A stretch of 64,000 bases of DNA, taken from Camelus ferus (lineage: Eukaryota). The position numbers were made by a program, and so were the translations under genes. Below, piece by piece: positions 39,565 through 52,539 of the stretch (positions within the stretch are counted from its first letter, which is position 1; the number at the start of each line of letters is the position of its first letter). Where the stretch lies: the NCBI RefSeq assembly GCF_009834535.1, contig NC_045696.1, positions 52,516,001 through 52,580,000 on the forward strand. Reading direction: 5' to 3'. The notes under the pieces were generated by a model, which had not been told where the DNA came from, made no database searches, and saw nothing but the letters and a program-made list of their open reading frames with translations.

Positions 39565-39908
39565 AGAATGAAGTCATACTGGAGTAGGGTGGGCCTCTAA
39601 AGGAATATGATTGGTAGCCTTATAAAAAGAGGAACTTTGGACATAGACAGCACACAGGGAGAATACCATGTGAAGATGAAGGCAGAGACTGGGGTGATGT
39701 TTCTATAACCCAAGGAAAGGCAAAGACCATTAGCAACCCACCAGAAGCCAGGAGAGGCATGGAACAGGTTTCTCTTTAATGGCCCACAGAAGGAACTAAC
39801 TCTGCAACACATTGATTTTGGATTCCTAGACTCCAGAGCTGTGAGAGAATAAATTTCTGTTGTTTGAGCCATGCAGTCTGTGATATTTAGTTTTAGGAAA
39901 CTAATATA
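39565..39908 (+). mobile_element. MLT1B-like MaLR LTR (5'-truncated)
   Basis: gtcatactggagtagggtgggcc...ccttataaaaagagga...ccatgtgaagatgaaggcagagactggggtgatg...ccagagctgtgagagaataaatttctgttgtttgagcc...ggaaactaata. Confidence 0.85.
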
Positions 39909-40379
39909 CTAGGTAACTAGGTGCCATTAATACAAGCAAGAAAGCCAAGAGGGAGATTGCAATTGAGAAGACAAAAGTAGAGACGGGACAGAGCTTCAAT
40001 TTGGGGGCATACTTGATTCATTACAAGAGAAGTGTAGAGACACAAGTGCAAATTGGAATTTTTCTGTGATAGGGCAAGAAACATGGTCCCCATTAATTTA
40101 GCCGGAAAGGAAAGCATTATGTGAAAAGGGCAGAACTGATCCTCTGCATGTAACTAATGAATCTGCACTTGAAAAAGCATGCTCACTCCCTTAAACCTTA
40201 GATGGATAGAGAAGAACCAATTAGGTAAATTGGGTGAAATTCAGATAAGGAATTTAGGAGAATAGAAGATTGGCTTTGCAAAGATGAAAGGAAGGAAATG
40301 TACTTAGCTAGACTAAGTGATGATTAAGTGGGATTTGATGATAAGGGACACAAATTTTAAAGGTGAAGCTTCAAAGTAG

Positions 40380-41465
40380 AAATAAAGTGATGCAAAGAGA
40401 AAGGTGAATGCATTGTACCAATTTTATTATAAATACAGCAAAATGTTTTTGTAATATGGAGCTGGGAGAGGTGGGAGAGCACTTTGTTAACATGACAACA
40501 AAGTGAGAAAAGCATAAGAGTAAACTGAACAAATTAGATAACTTAAAATTTGAGTCTAGAATAAAAAACATTTGCATTAAAAATACTAAAGGAGAAAATA
40601 CTAAGGGAGAAATGAAAATAGGAAAAGCATTGTATTACATATGACTGATAAATGATCAATAGAAAAATTTTATAAAGTGCTCCTATGTAAAAAAGTTATT
40701 AGTCTATTTATAAAATAGGAAAAAATATTTTAAAAGTTAATATGTTGAGGTAGATGTATCAATAACTAGCAGACAATTGGAAAGATACTCAAAGTCACTG
40801 ATTATCAAAACATGCAAATTAAAAGTATAAGATATTTGTTCTTATCACATTGGAAAAATTTTTGGAAACCTAAAATACTTAATGTTGCTGAAGGTACAGA
40901 GAAATCAGTACTTTTGTACACTAGTGAGGGGATTAAAATGGGTCTAGCCTTTTGAGCCAATTTCAAAATTATTTTCAAAAATTTAAATGTGCATGCATTT
41001 AGTTTTAGCCAATCAACTTGTAGGAATTTATCCTACAATAATACTACCACAAATTCTTAAAGAAATATGTACCATAGTATTTTACTGCATAATTATTTAG
41101 GTATTGAAAAATTAGAAGCAACCTAAATGCCATTATTAATATAGAAATAGTTAAATAGTGAGGGTTATAACACAGAGTATTACGTGGCCATTATAAAAAA
41201 TGAGGTGGATTTCTGTGCAGTTATTATGACCTAGGAAGATGTCTGTAACACTTTTTTTAAGTGCTAAAAAAAGGGGAATGACAAGATGGTATTAGTCATA
41301 TAAAGCTTTTTTTTTTTTTTTAAGCAAACAGATACACATACATTCATCAAAAAGCCTTAACAATGCTTATATCTGTTAGGTGAGATTATGAATGACTTGT
41401 GCTTTACTTTGCACATATCTGTAACTTCTGAAATGTTTTCCATGTGAATATATTTCTTTTATAAT
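40380..41465 (+). mobile_element. L1ME-like ORF2/3' fragment
   Basis: atgcaaattaaaag...taggaatttatcctaca...agaagcaacctaaatgcc...ggccattataaaaaatgagg. Confidence 0.65.
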
Positions 41466-41953
41466 CAGACTGTTAAACAAATGGATAAAAGAAACCCTAG
41501 TTAGGGAAAACAAAAAAAATAAAAGGGGACACGTTCCAGGATTCCATTTTTTAAGGGTAGGAGAAAAATACCTGTTGAGAAGATGCTTATGGGTACTAGA
41601 TGCATCTGGCAGGTGTGACACTTCATCTAATTAGTATTATTTTTTAAAAGATCAGTAAATTCATGATGGAATTTTAGTGTAATAAATCTAGTACAATATA
41701 TCTTTGGATTTTATGGATTTAATGTTCAGAGTTCCATTGAAATTTTGTGATATAAAGTGACTTTTCGTTTTTCTAAGGCATAAACTTGAGTAGGTACTGT
41801 TTGTGCAGCACCTGCCCTCCCTTCCACCTGCTTCTGGTGAAAGGCCATTTACTTCCTGGCCACACCTATGAGCACATAGTCAAGATTTGGATGGTCAGTC
41901 AGAACACCTTGTTTTCCTGATCACAGTCATTACTTAAGGCTTGAAATGGAATC

Positions 41954-42960
41954 TATCTTAGATTGGTTTTCCCAGGAATAGACCCTCAGATGAGTGCTGT
42001 GAAAATGCTTTATTAGGAAATAGTCTAAGAAACATTCAGAGGAAAGTTAGAGAAGGATGTGGTCTCGGGAAGGAAGAACACCAAGCAAGGCTGTGGGGTC
42101 AAGGAAGGTCCTACGAAGGATATTGTCGGGGTCCCCAGGACCGATCCCAGGTTTGATGATTCACTAGGAGGATTCACAGGACTCAGCATATAATTGTGCT
42201 GACAGCTCTGAGTGAAAGGATGCCAAGCAAAATGAGCAAAGAGGAAAGGGGTGTATAGGGTAAGGTTCAGAGGAAGGCAGGCATGGGTTTTCTTGAATCC
42301 TCTTCTAGTGGAGTCATGCAAGACACAGTTTCTCCAGTAGAAGAACTGTGACAACACGTATGATATATTCCAGCCAGGGAAGTTCCTTACAGGCTGAATG
42401 CCCAAGGCTTTTATTTGGGGCTATTCACATAGGCATCCTCAGCCTGACTCTTACCAAAGTTCCAAACTCCCAGAAAGAAAGCATATGTTCAGCATAAACT
42501 ATATTGTTCAGGTACAGTGACCCTCATCAGGGAGTGGTGTGGAAACCCTTCTAAAATCCAGGTTCCCAGATACCAACCTTGCTAGTGGACCTTTTTAAGG
42601 CTAGCAGTTTCAATCCTGCTATGTTAACTCTTTCCTACACAGGTACCTTTGGTTCATTCCCATAGGAAAGCTCTGAAAACTGTAGGCTACACCCCACTTT
42701 TGGGTAAGGGAGCTAAGGTGTATTTCCACATCTGTCAGTCATTGTTTGAAGACTACCTGACAGGGACATAGACTTCCAAACACTTCTAGCAATCTGTGTG
42801 GGCAGACCAAGCTAGTTCCAGCTGCCTGGGGCCAAGTCCTCCAACAAAGAGATGCAGGCGTTGGCTGTTGAGAGTGACAGCACACCAGGAGACAGGTGCA
42901 TAAAAAAATGGACCTGAGCCTCAGAGGATATGGGTGAAGTACTGATAGCATCTGCTACCA
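41954..42960 (-). mobile_element. LTR16-family ERVL LTR interrupted by MER21
   Basis: tcttagattggttttcccaggaatagaccctcagatgag...ctttattagg (reverse of LTR16 3' end); resumes at 42642 and ends ...actgatagcatctgctacca. Confidence 0.6.
42124..42641 (-). mobile_element. MER21 (B/C-like) LTR
   Basis: tgtcggggtccccaggacc...aggtttgatgattcactaggaggattcacaggactcagcata...ttcagcataaactatattgtt...cctgctatgttaactctttcctacaca. Confidence 0.85.
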
Positions 42961-43108
42961 TGATCCTTCCTGAGATTGTATAGACTGAACCAGAGATAGA
43001 GAAACCATCCTCTTGACATAGGCAAGCTGGCATGTGAGCCTAATACTGTCTGTAGCTATATTCTCTATTTTGTGGAGAAGACCCTTGTGCAGTAGCTGAG
43101 AGTGGAAT

Positions 43109-43427
43109 AATGAACTCATCTACAAAACAGAAACAGACTTGCATTCGTAATAGTTTTATGGTTACCAGGGGGAAGGGGGTGGGAAGGGATAAATTGGGAG
43201 TTCAAGATTTGCAAATATTAACTACTATATACAAAAATAGATAAAAAAAAAAATAAATTTCTTCTATATAGCACGGAGAACTATATTCAATATCTTGTAA
43301 TAACCTTTAATGAAAAAGAATATATATTTGTATGTATGTGTGTGTGTGTGTGTGTGTGTGTATAACTGGGACATTATACTGTACACCAGAAATTGACACA
43401 TTGTAACTGACTTCAGTTAAAAAAAAA
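43109..43427 (+). mobile_element. artiodactyl-type L1 3' end with internal (GT)n
   Basis: aatgaactcatctacaaaacagaaacagact...ggttaccaggggg...gggataaattgggag...ctgtacaccagaaattgacacattgtaactgac + A tail. Confidence 0.85.
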
Positions 43428-43540
43428 GCCTGGGAATCTGTACTCAGAGAGAAGCAGAGAGATAACAGGGATAGAAAACTCTAATAGTCCTTCAAGTTTC
43501 ACCTGAAACCTTCTCTCTCATCAGTCCTACCAGTGACTCT

Positions 43541-44160
43541 ATTTTTTTTCTTTCAGTTTTATTGAGATGTAGTTGACATACAGCAGTTTGTTTGAGAAGT
43601 ACAATATGATGATTGACTTATGTACATCATGAAATGATTAACACAGTAAGTTTAGTGAACATCCATAATCTCATATAGGTACAAAATAAAAGAAAAAGAA
43701 AAAGAAAAAAAACTGTTTTCCTTGTGATGAGAACTCTTAGGATTTACTCTTAACAACTTTCATAAAACAACAGCAGTATAGTTATGTCTATCATGTTGTA
43801 CATTACATCTTTAGTACTTACCTTATTTATACCAATTGCCCCTCCCCACAACTCCCCATCTCTTGTAACCACAAATCTGATCTCTTTTGCTGTGAGTTTG
43901 TTCATTTTGAAGCATAACTGACCTACAACACAATGTTAGTTCCTGGGGCACAAACATAGCAATTTGATATTTCTATACACTACAGAATTATCACCAAGTA
44001 AGTCTAGTGACCATCTGTCACCATTGCAAAGGTATTACATTATTATTAACTGTATTCCCCACATTGTATATTTCATACCATTGATTCCATTATTTTGTAA
44101 CCAGAAGTTTGTACCTCTTGAAAATCACCCTCACCTATTTCTCTCATCCTTTCAACCCTC
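43541..44160 (-). mobile_element. L1 3' UTR fragment (L1MA9-like/laurasiatherian type)
   Basis: cagttttattgagatgtagttgacatacagca...ccttgtgatgagaactcttaggatttactcttaacaactttc. Confidence 0.75.
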
Positions 44161-44363
44161 TAACACTGATCCTCTTATCTTAGCCTGTAACACGTCTCCT
44201 TTTTTGCTTCTGCTGACTTAATTTAGCCTTGTAGCTTGTAACCATTCAAGAGAGTCCTGGTAAAAATACTCTGTACATTGTCTATTGCATCTCGCAGATC
44301 ATGGGTACCCAACTCAAAGATATTTAATAATACATTGTATTTCCTTTTAAAGTTAGGAACTTA

Positions 44364-44384
44364 GTGCTTGCTTCAGCAGCACAT
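44364..44384 (+). pseudogene. 3'-truncated (tailless) U6 snRNA retrocopy, U6 nt 1-21
   Basis: GTGCTTGCTTCAGCAGCACAT vs U6 GTGCTCGCTTCGGCAGCACAT; both differences are CpG deaminations. 15-bp TSD aaagttaggaactta (44349-44363) / aaagttggaaactta (44385-44399). Confidence 0.85.
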
Positions 44385-44434
44385 AAAGTTGGAAACTTAG
44401 ATGAATGGATTCCATGTTAGGTATTTCCAAAAAC

Positions 44435-44770
44435 AGATTTTGACAAACTACACCCAGATCTTGCCTCCCACCTTATCTAACTCACCCCTCCTAGTCTGCT
44501 TTTGTAGGACCACAAGCAAAGAATGGTTTTTACATTTTTAAATAGTTGAGGGAAAAAATTAAAAGAATATTGTGTGACACATAAAAAGCATATGTAATTA
44601 AGATTTCAGTGTTTATAAATAATGATTTTAATTTCATGAATAAAATACGTGTGGAAATTTTTTCTAGTCATATAAATACCTACATAATAGCCTTGATTTT
44701 GGCTCTTGGTCAACAAAGTCTGAAATATTTATTATCTGGACCTTTTAAAAACTTTCTGTTAATCACCATC
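44435..44770. mobile_element. MER58B-like hAT-Charlie MITE
   Basis: gacaaactac...aagcaaagaatggtttttacatttttaaatagttg...gtgacacataaaa...caaagtctgaaatatttattatctggacctttta. Confidence 0.75.
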
Positions 44771-46367
44771 TGGGAACAATGGAATTGGAAAACTGACTAA
44801 CCCTTCTTTAGGGAAGGGACCATGTGGTTATTATATGTATTTTTTAATAACCATGTATAATAATACTTAGAAAAATTCTCTGCAAATAGAAGCATGGAGG
44901 AGATTGAACTGACAAAATTGGATGGCATTTAATATGCCTGATGGAGGAGTAGCTAATGTTAGTGATGACCCACCACTAAACAATGACTGCAGTGATTCCA
45001 AAGGCAATTAATGCTGCTATCTGCTTGCCCTTCAAGACATGGTAAGGTGAAGGGGAAATGATGAACATTTCCTTGTGATTAAGTTTTGAGGAATCTATTG
45101 TGGACTTATATGAGATATCCAAATCTAAGATTCTGGCAGCTCAAAAATCAGAGATTCAAGTGTGTTAATTAGCTTATATTTTAAAAGTAGATACATCTCT
45201 GAGAATACTGAGCTTCTCAGTCATTCATACCCCAGTATGTGTAGTTTTTACCATGATTATCAGATTGCTTTTTGTTTAGCTGTTGCAGGAAATGGGAGGT
45301 ATAAGCAAAGGAAGAATAGGAGGGAGAAAAAGAAAATGTGCTTTTGGACCCTGAAAAACCTTGAAGAGGGTGATCCTGTGTGTGGCTCCATTAGGTGGGT
45401 TTTTATTTTTGTCAGCCTGAGAACTGTTCCTAAGAGTAATAAGATAGAGGAAAAATAGTTAACTTGAAGATGTGGGAGAAGGTGTGGAGGATACCAAGGA
45501 AATTTGTTTCATTGCACAATTTTATCTAGGAACCAGATCTCCTTATATACCTGTGTTAATGCTGCCTGCACATAATTAGAAAATCAGTGAGGATATATTA
45601 TTATCTTAATTTTGATGTTAAAGATACTTTCATAGACAAATTGTATATGGAATCATTTAAACTTTGTCATATACAGGTGTTTCCAAACACTTTTTCTATG
45701 GTCGCATCATGTCCTTTCCTAAGGGATTACTTGAAACTAATAATCATTTAAAAGCATTACTTCTGGACTGCTTTCAAGGAGAATTCTTATCACTATGAGT
45801 GAAGATGGAGGCCAAACTGGTGAATGAAGACAACGAACCATAAAGCCACTGACTGCCGTCCTCTCAGTCACCCGTTGGGAGGAGTTCCTGGTGACCCACC
45901 ATGAGGAAGAGATCTAGGCGAGCTTCTCAAAGGGCTCTGCTCAGCTTAGTAAAACTTACTAAGTGGAGAACTGAACTTGAGGAATTCAGTAAGTCTTAGA
46001 TTCAAGTTCCAGATTGGGGGATTCTATGTAGTATATTCAACACATATGTATGAAGAACCAACTATTTTCTCTTCGCTGTATGCCACCTTAGATACAATGG
46101 TGAGCAAAATAGAGAGCTTGCCCTCCTGGTACCATCATCTACCTGCCATCTAATGCACATGTGACCTTCTAGTCTCCTGTAACTTATTAATATCCAGTGT
46201 TAGTATGTTTTCAGTCTTTAATGCATGATTACTATTAAATCTATTCCCACCTAGGATTGATTTAATAAATAAAACAATTATGAAATTGGGTTCAACAGGG
46301 TGAAGACAGATACATTTTATAATAATAATAACTAAGTTTAGTATATGTGCTGCCAAAGCAATCACAA

Positions 46368-46595
46368 TAATAACTAACTTTAAAAAGCACTTATTAAGGG
46401 GTAGGCCCTGTGCTAAGTTCACATGCATTATTTCCAGTATTCCTCCCAACAACTCTATGTGGTAGATAGTACATTTTTTTTCATTTTATAAATGAAGAAA
46501 CTGGAGCTTATAGAAGTTGCTCAAGGTTGTACCACAGGTGAACTGTATTTCAACACAACTCTTACTCTCTAAAGATTGAGTTCTTAACCACTGAG
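46368..46595 (-). mobile_element. MIR SINE
   Basis: aggccctgtgctaag...catgcattattt...cctcccaacaactctatg...cattttataaatgaagaaactgg...ttgctcaaggtt...ttcttaaccact. Confidence 0.8.
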
Positions 46596-46859
46596 ATACA
46601 ATGTCTTTCTGTAAACCACTGATTATTGCCAGATGATGACTGGTTATCACACAACTGTCTGTCCCACAAGAAGTTAGAATCAGCCAATAGATATATTGAC
46701 CAGGCAAATTAGTTCCACCTAGAAGGAAAGAGCCAAATCTGGAGAAGTAGAATGGGTTGTTAGAGGAGTATGTCCACAATGAAGAGACTTTCTTGACCAG
46801 CAGTGATGGCTCACATTGGCATCATGGAAACCAAAATTAGGTAGATCAATACTATATGT

Positions 46860-47660
46860 GAAAAATCTTGAAAGCCATGCACAGGAGTTGGAATTGAATG
46901 CAGCAGACATTGGAGCATTATAGAAGTTCTTAATCTAAGGCAGTAGCTTGCAGAATGCGTTGGTGTTGGCTAAAATTGTTCTGTAGTTTGGTTTTGAGGC
47001 ATGGTGTTTGGTGGAGATACATAGTGCATCCTAGTGGAAGGCGAGAAGAGAAAATGAGTAGGCAAACTTTGAGTGCATTGAAATTAAGGTAAATTTAAGA
47101 TGTCATTGGCTAGCTATCCATGTAAATATGCTCCATAGACAGTTTAAATTAAGGTAGTTTTTTGATTGAGCAATGTTGAAGTTGGCAGTTAGAGTCTATA
47201 CGTAGGAATATTCATTGAAGATGACAAGATGGAATAATTGTAGAAGAAATTGAAAATGAAGAGCAGAAGGCCAAGATAATAGCTTTGATGGAAACCCACA
47301 GTTTGGTCATGGGAGGAGGGAGAAGAGCCAGCAAAAGAGACAGAGAAGAATCATTAATTAAGGCTGGAGAACAAAGGAATACAATGTCATGGAAACAAGA
47401 GAAGGCCAAGAATGAAGGAGCAGGTGCTCAACAGTGTCAGAAATCATAAAGAGGCTGACAACATTCAGGAGGGTGAAACCCGAGGAGAGATTGGACCTGA
47501 CAAATGGGAGATCATTGGTGACACTTGAGAAAGAATTCCATAAGGTGGAAAAGGCAGAAGCAGATTTCAGGGAATACTTAGGCAGGAATGTGAAGGCAGT
47601 TAACATGAGTTCTAGCTTAAGTTCTTTGGCACTGAAAAAGAGAGAAATTGATGTGTTCTA
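46860..47660 (-). mobile_element. L2 fragment
   Basis: gccatgcacaggagttggaattgaat...gaagagccagcaaaagagacagag...ggagatcattggtgacacttgagaaag. Confidence 0.7.
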
Positions 47661-50654
47661 GCATAGCACACTCTTGATTTCATAATGAAAGACAATGGAA
47701 AAGTGAGGCTCATCTAAGAGAACTTCACTTTCCAGCAACATTTGCTGGAGCCTCTATATTTTTTTGTGGCAGAGAAACCAGTGGTAGAAATTTGTCTTCT
47801 TACTATTGAAAACTGAACTGCACAATTCTCAACTTCTGTATTGCCTTTCCATCAGCATTAACTTTACATTTTCCTTAACTTATCATCTTTCTGTGCTGAT
47901 AGTAGGAAGGAAAAAAAAAAACATGCTAATCAACTGAGATAAAAGTGAAATTTCCAAGACTGTCAATCTATGTGATTTCTCTGGTGACTTTTCATTGGCA
48001 ACAGAGTATCTAATGTTCAGGGACAAGAGAAATCAGACCGCAGGGTGCCTGCCAGCTCTCCAGGGGACAGAAACCCACTTTTGCATGCATATAAATGAGC
48101 CCAGAAATAGGTTGTGAGATAAGAAATGGTGTGATGTGATAGAGCTCTACACTGTGTATAGGGGCCTGGACACTCCTGGTAGAAGGGGAAAGTGGATGCT
48201 GTGTGGCTGGGGTAGATAATGACCCTAGAAAAGAATCTTTCATAGGCATGATGTATTTTCCCGGAGTGCTGTGCCAAGATGGCACGTTGTTTAATTGTGT
48301 AAAATATAGCACCAAACAGCTCCTTTCCTCTCACCTTCCAAAAATGCTTACATTTGCAAAGGGAAAGTTTGGCATTAGTTTCTATTCATTTTAAAGGATT
48401 AAAAAAGTCTAATGTGGTGATATATTGATCTTTTGAAAGGTCAGCAGCAGATTCATGGGTCAAGGTACTACTTCTGAAAAGCCAAGATGCTATGTGATGG
48501 GGGAACCACAGGAGAAACAAGAAAGGAAAAAAAAAACCGCAGCAGAATGCCCATGTAAAATCAACTACATTTCTTTTTTGTTGTTGTTCCTAAAGAACAA
48601 TCTGACATTGTGTGTGTGTGTGTACACATACATAACATTGTCATCATTTACTTTAAGATTAGATGTCAATTCAGTGATTGCAAGAAATAATAAGAAATAC
48701 ATTTCAGTTTTATGGCATAACTTTAAAGTTAGGAAAAGAGAAAGACATACAGAGAAGGCCAGGGAGATGGGAAAAGGAGAGGAGAAAGGGGAAAAAAATT
48801 AAGTGAAGAGAATAGAAAAAAAGAAAATTAAGGGAAAGTTAAAGAAAATTAGGGAGAGGAAGAAAGAGGAAGAGGAATATGTATTCAGTCAATGTCTCCT
48901 GTATTCCTAGGAGGGAAATTAAGGTAAAGTTAAAGAGCTAAGAGGGAGGATGGCAGAGCAATGGAAAAGAAGTCCCGATAAGCCATCTCTGTGTTAGGAG
49001 ATGATTGTGCTGGCGATCTGTTGCCCTTTTTTCTCACCCACTGTTCTTTGCCTGGTTCGAGGCACCAAGATAGGGGTGCCTGCATGTCATCAACCTTTAA
49101 AATCAGGACTAGATCTCTAATAATACATATTCTTGTTTTATTTTCAAAGTTCAAAGCAAGTTTTTGAAATAAAATTGTAGTTTCCTTTGGGAGCTTTGAG
49201 GTTTCTTCTTAAGTGTGAAGAGATGACAACATTTTAGAGGCTGACTTTGGAGTCTTAGTGATATCATTGCACAAGTTCCTGCAGGAAGTTGTTTGACATT
49301 CAAAAAGCAAGCTATTTCATTTTAACACCTCTGATGGTTTATTTTTGGAACCAGCTATTATTTCACTATAGTGAGTTCTCCTGGCTCCTTGTATATTCAG
49401 GTACCCTCCCACATACTCTTTGTGTTTTAGGTTTGTTCCAGTGAGAAATACCTACTGGATCCATCCCTCCATTCATCCCTCCCTTCCTCCCTTCTTCCTG
49501 CAGTGATGCCCCTATGGTCCATAGCTCTTTCATTGCTTCTCTTGAACAGCGTCACAGGACTCCAGAGGATGCATACTGATCTCTGACCTGCCTCACCTAG
49601 GTCACCTTATCTGAAACTTGGATAGAATCCATCCATGTGCTGCACACCACCTCTCAACTCTAGCCCAGTTACTGAAAATTGATGTACATTTCCCTGATTC
49701 TTTCTAAAACAGTTGCATTCAAGGCTGACCACAAATTGCCAAAGTATTAAAAACACTTTAATATAGATTTAAATATATTCTCCCCATTTTAAAGGTTACT
49801 GGATTACAAGTTCCATGAATGTAAGGATTTTGTTTTGTACTAGACAAATTCCCCAAGGTGTAGTAAACATGTGTCCCTGTTTTCTCTGCACAGAACTGAA
49901 TCGATATAATCCTATATGTCTCTGATTTACTTTAAAAATTGGATGCATATGTAACAGTCCACTCAGTACATTGCATATATATGTACACACACACACACAG
50001 GCTTCTATGGCTGAATTCCCTCATGACCACTGAGAGCTGGCACAGCGGCTTTGAATTGTCCACTCTTGGCTAATGAAGTAGCACATTGTTTTGCAAATGT
50101 TCTCAATCAATGAAGACTTGTCTGTGTTGTCCTAAGGTGAATTTTTTTTCATTTGACTGTTTTCTCAGCTGTGGCATCTCCCTCTGCCATTATTCTGGGG
50201 AGTAGTAGAGACTCTTGTAGCTGACAAACCTGTGCACTCGATGATCTTCCTTAGTGACAGCTTTAGTACTACTGCACTGAATTGTATCCTACAGGTTTTA
50301 CAGAGGGTGTTCTAGTCACCTTCAAGGAAAGGATCAAGAACAAGGGGTAAGGGACAGCAGGCATGTAAGAATTACTAGGAGAACTTTGGCATTATGAAGG
50401 GCACCAGAGATGCACATCTCTGATAGTCCTGCAGGGGTGACCCATAGTTATACATCAGATAGTCAGATGAAACCTTGTGAAGGCCCGAAGTGTCTTCAGG
50501 AGCAGTGTCCACGGAAAGGTGAGGAGACCGTATCTCCACAGGGACTAAGTTAGAATGATGTGCTCTAACTCTGCTTAGGTTAGGCTGACTGAGTTAACAC
50601 CTCCATTTCCAAAAAATGTATCCTCCATCCTGCATAGGTTATACCTTTAGCGTA

Positions 50655-50815
50655 AGAAGTTGGCAAACTATGGCCTGCCAAGCAGATCCAGTCTGCCACC
50701 TACTTTAGAAAATAAAAGTTTTAATGGGACACAGAAACACCATTTCTTTATGTCTTTTTTCTGGCTGCTTTCCTGGCACACCAGCAGAGTTGAATATTTG
50801 CGGCAGAGACTGTTT
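50655..50815. mobile_element. MER58A-like MITE fragment
   Basis: gttggcaaactatggcctg...atccagtctgccacct...aataaaagttttaatgggacacag...ggctgctttc...gcagagttgaatatttgcggcagagac. Confidence 0.8.
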
Positions 50816-51329
50816 GCTCTGCTCTGCTATGGTTTGATATGTTAATAAATAAACCATTTTTTGGTACTAAGTTATTTCAGTAGGGCTAGTGCTTGGCAAT
50901 ACATTCTCAAATTTGAGCTTTTCTGGACAATTAAAAACAATAAAACTTAGTTTATTTTACATATTATAACCCACAAATTTATATTCATTAATGTTCTTCC
51001 TCTGCTTTTAATCAGTAAGAGTTTACTGGTTTTTGTTTTAATGAAAAAATGAACTTCTCCATCTTATATATGTGGAAGTCATTCTGTAATTCCACACTAT
51101 GAAGGATTGAAGATCTCACTGGTAAAACGTTAAGAAGAATTGTGGTACAGTTCAATCTTGGTTGCCAAGGATGAGAAGTTGAGACATATATAAAAATCCT
51201 GGAGTCATGAAACATGTCTAGCTTTGGGAAAATATTGAAATTTGGGGAAAAAATTGTATTGCAAGATTCCTTTTGTACCTGTTTTCAGTCACTTACTGAC
51301 CTAAATTGTTTAGGAATGTAAGATATATC

Positions 51330-51332
<3 letters not shown>

Positions 51333-51374
<42 letters not shown>
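51333..51374. repeat. (AC)21 microsatellite
   Basis: Directly visible, perfect. Confidence 0.95.
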
Positions 51375-51376
<2 letters not shown>

Positions 51377-52539
51377 TGGTTACCTCCTAAAATATTTTAG
51401 CATAATACTTCATGAGAAAAAGTTATTTTTGACAAGAATTACAAATTCACTAATTGAGCTTATTTTTTGTGAGTTTTTAATTTTTATCACAAATAGAATA
51501 ATAAAGTCAATTAAGCTAATGATTATCTCTGAGCAGACTGGTAAGTTGTTCACAGAAAAAGAGTTAAGAGAAAAAAGAATGAATTCATTGATTACAAACC
51601 CTGAAGGTATAAAAAAGTCAGTCTCTTTCTAGGGTCAGTTACTATCTTTAGTTAACTTTTGTTCATGTTTATGATTTCACTTACTGAGTTCTGAAAAGTC
51701 AACTTTTCTCAGTCATCAAATGTATTTTTCTTCATTTCATGTATTACCACAAACTTGATTAGTTCTTCCAAGTGTTAACTGAGGTGGGAGACTATAAGGA
51801 AGATACACAACAGAAGAAACAGACTGATTTGTGTGGAGACTTGTGCTAAATCCTACACCATTCTCTTGGACCAGGACCTCTAAGATGTCCTGTGTTTGTG
51901 TCAGAAGTCCTAAATGTGACATTTCTTTGGAAATCCAGGTAAATGTAGTCTTAGTGCTATCCTTATTTACATAAAAGCTGTTTTCAAATAACAAAGCTGC
52001 CATGGTATCAAAGTCGGAATTTACTGTGATGACCCAGAATATGGAACAGTGGTGCCAGTTGTCACCAACTAAATGAAAACCAGGATTTAGACCTTGGGCT
52101 ATGTTAATGAACTCTTTAATCTAGCAAATGTTCTAGCTTGATGATTTTTCCCAGAGACGTAGAGATGTCTACACTGAGTAACAAACTTGACCAGATGACT
52201 TAATGTCTTTCAGCTAGCTCTAATACTCCACAGTTTTGTTACTGGTTTTCAATTCTTGGGACAAATAAATGTTCAGCCATATGTATTCAAGTACAGGATA
52301 ATAGATAGTAAACCTCTAATGAAGTACAAATAATTTGATTGTCAACAAAGACACAGATTCTCCAAATGAGTTGTTTTTATCTGGATTATTTGGTATAAAT
52401 GTTTGAGAACAACATGCTATCTGATTCAGATGTTATGAAAAATTTGGTTACAATATTGATATGTAGTTGATTGATTGGTATAATCTGTATAATATTGACT
52501 CATAGGTAAACCTAGATAGCATAGTCACCATCAAATATT

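Larger units (their letters stand above)
41795..44270 (+). mobile_element. old MLT1 (J/K-like) LTR split by four nested insertions
   Basis: Segments ~41795-41953, ~42961-43108, ~43428-43540 and ~44160-44270 join into an MLT1-like LTR ending ...gcttgtaaccattcaagagagtcctggtaaaaatac. Confidence 0.5.

Noticed and set aside
44364..44384. Functional U6 snRNA gene
   Set aside because: Only 21 nt, CpG-decayed, TSD-flanked, with no recognisable PSE/TATA arrangement.
51737..52003. 88-aa ATG-initiated minus-strand ORF
   Set aside because: No recognisable homology, and its length is within chance expectation for 64 kb.
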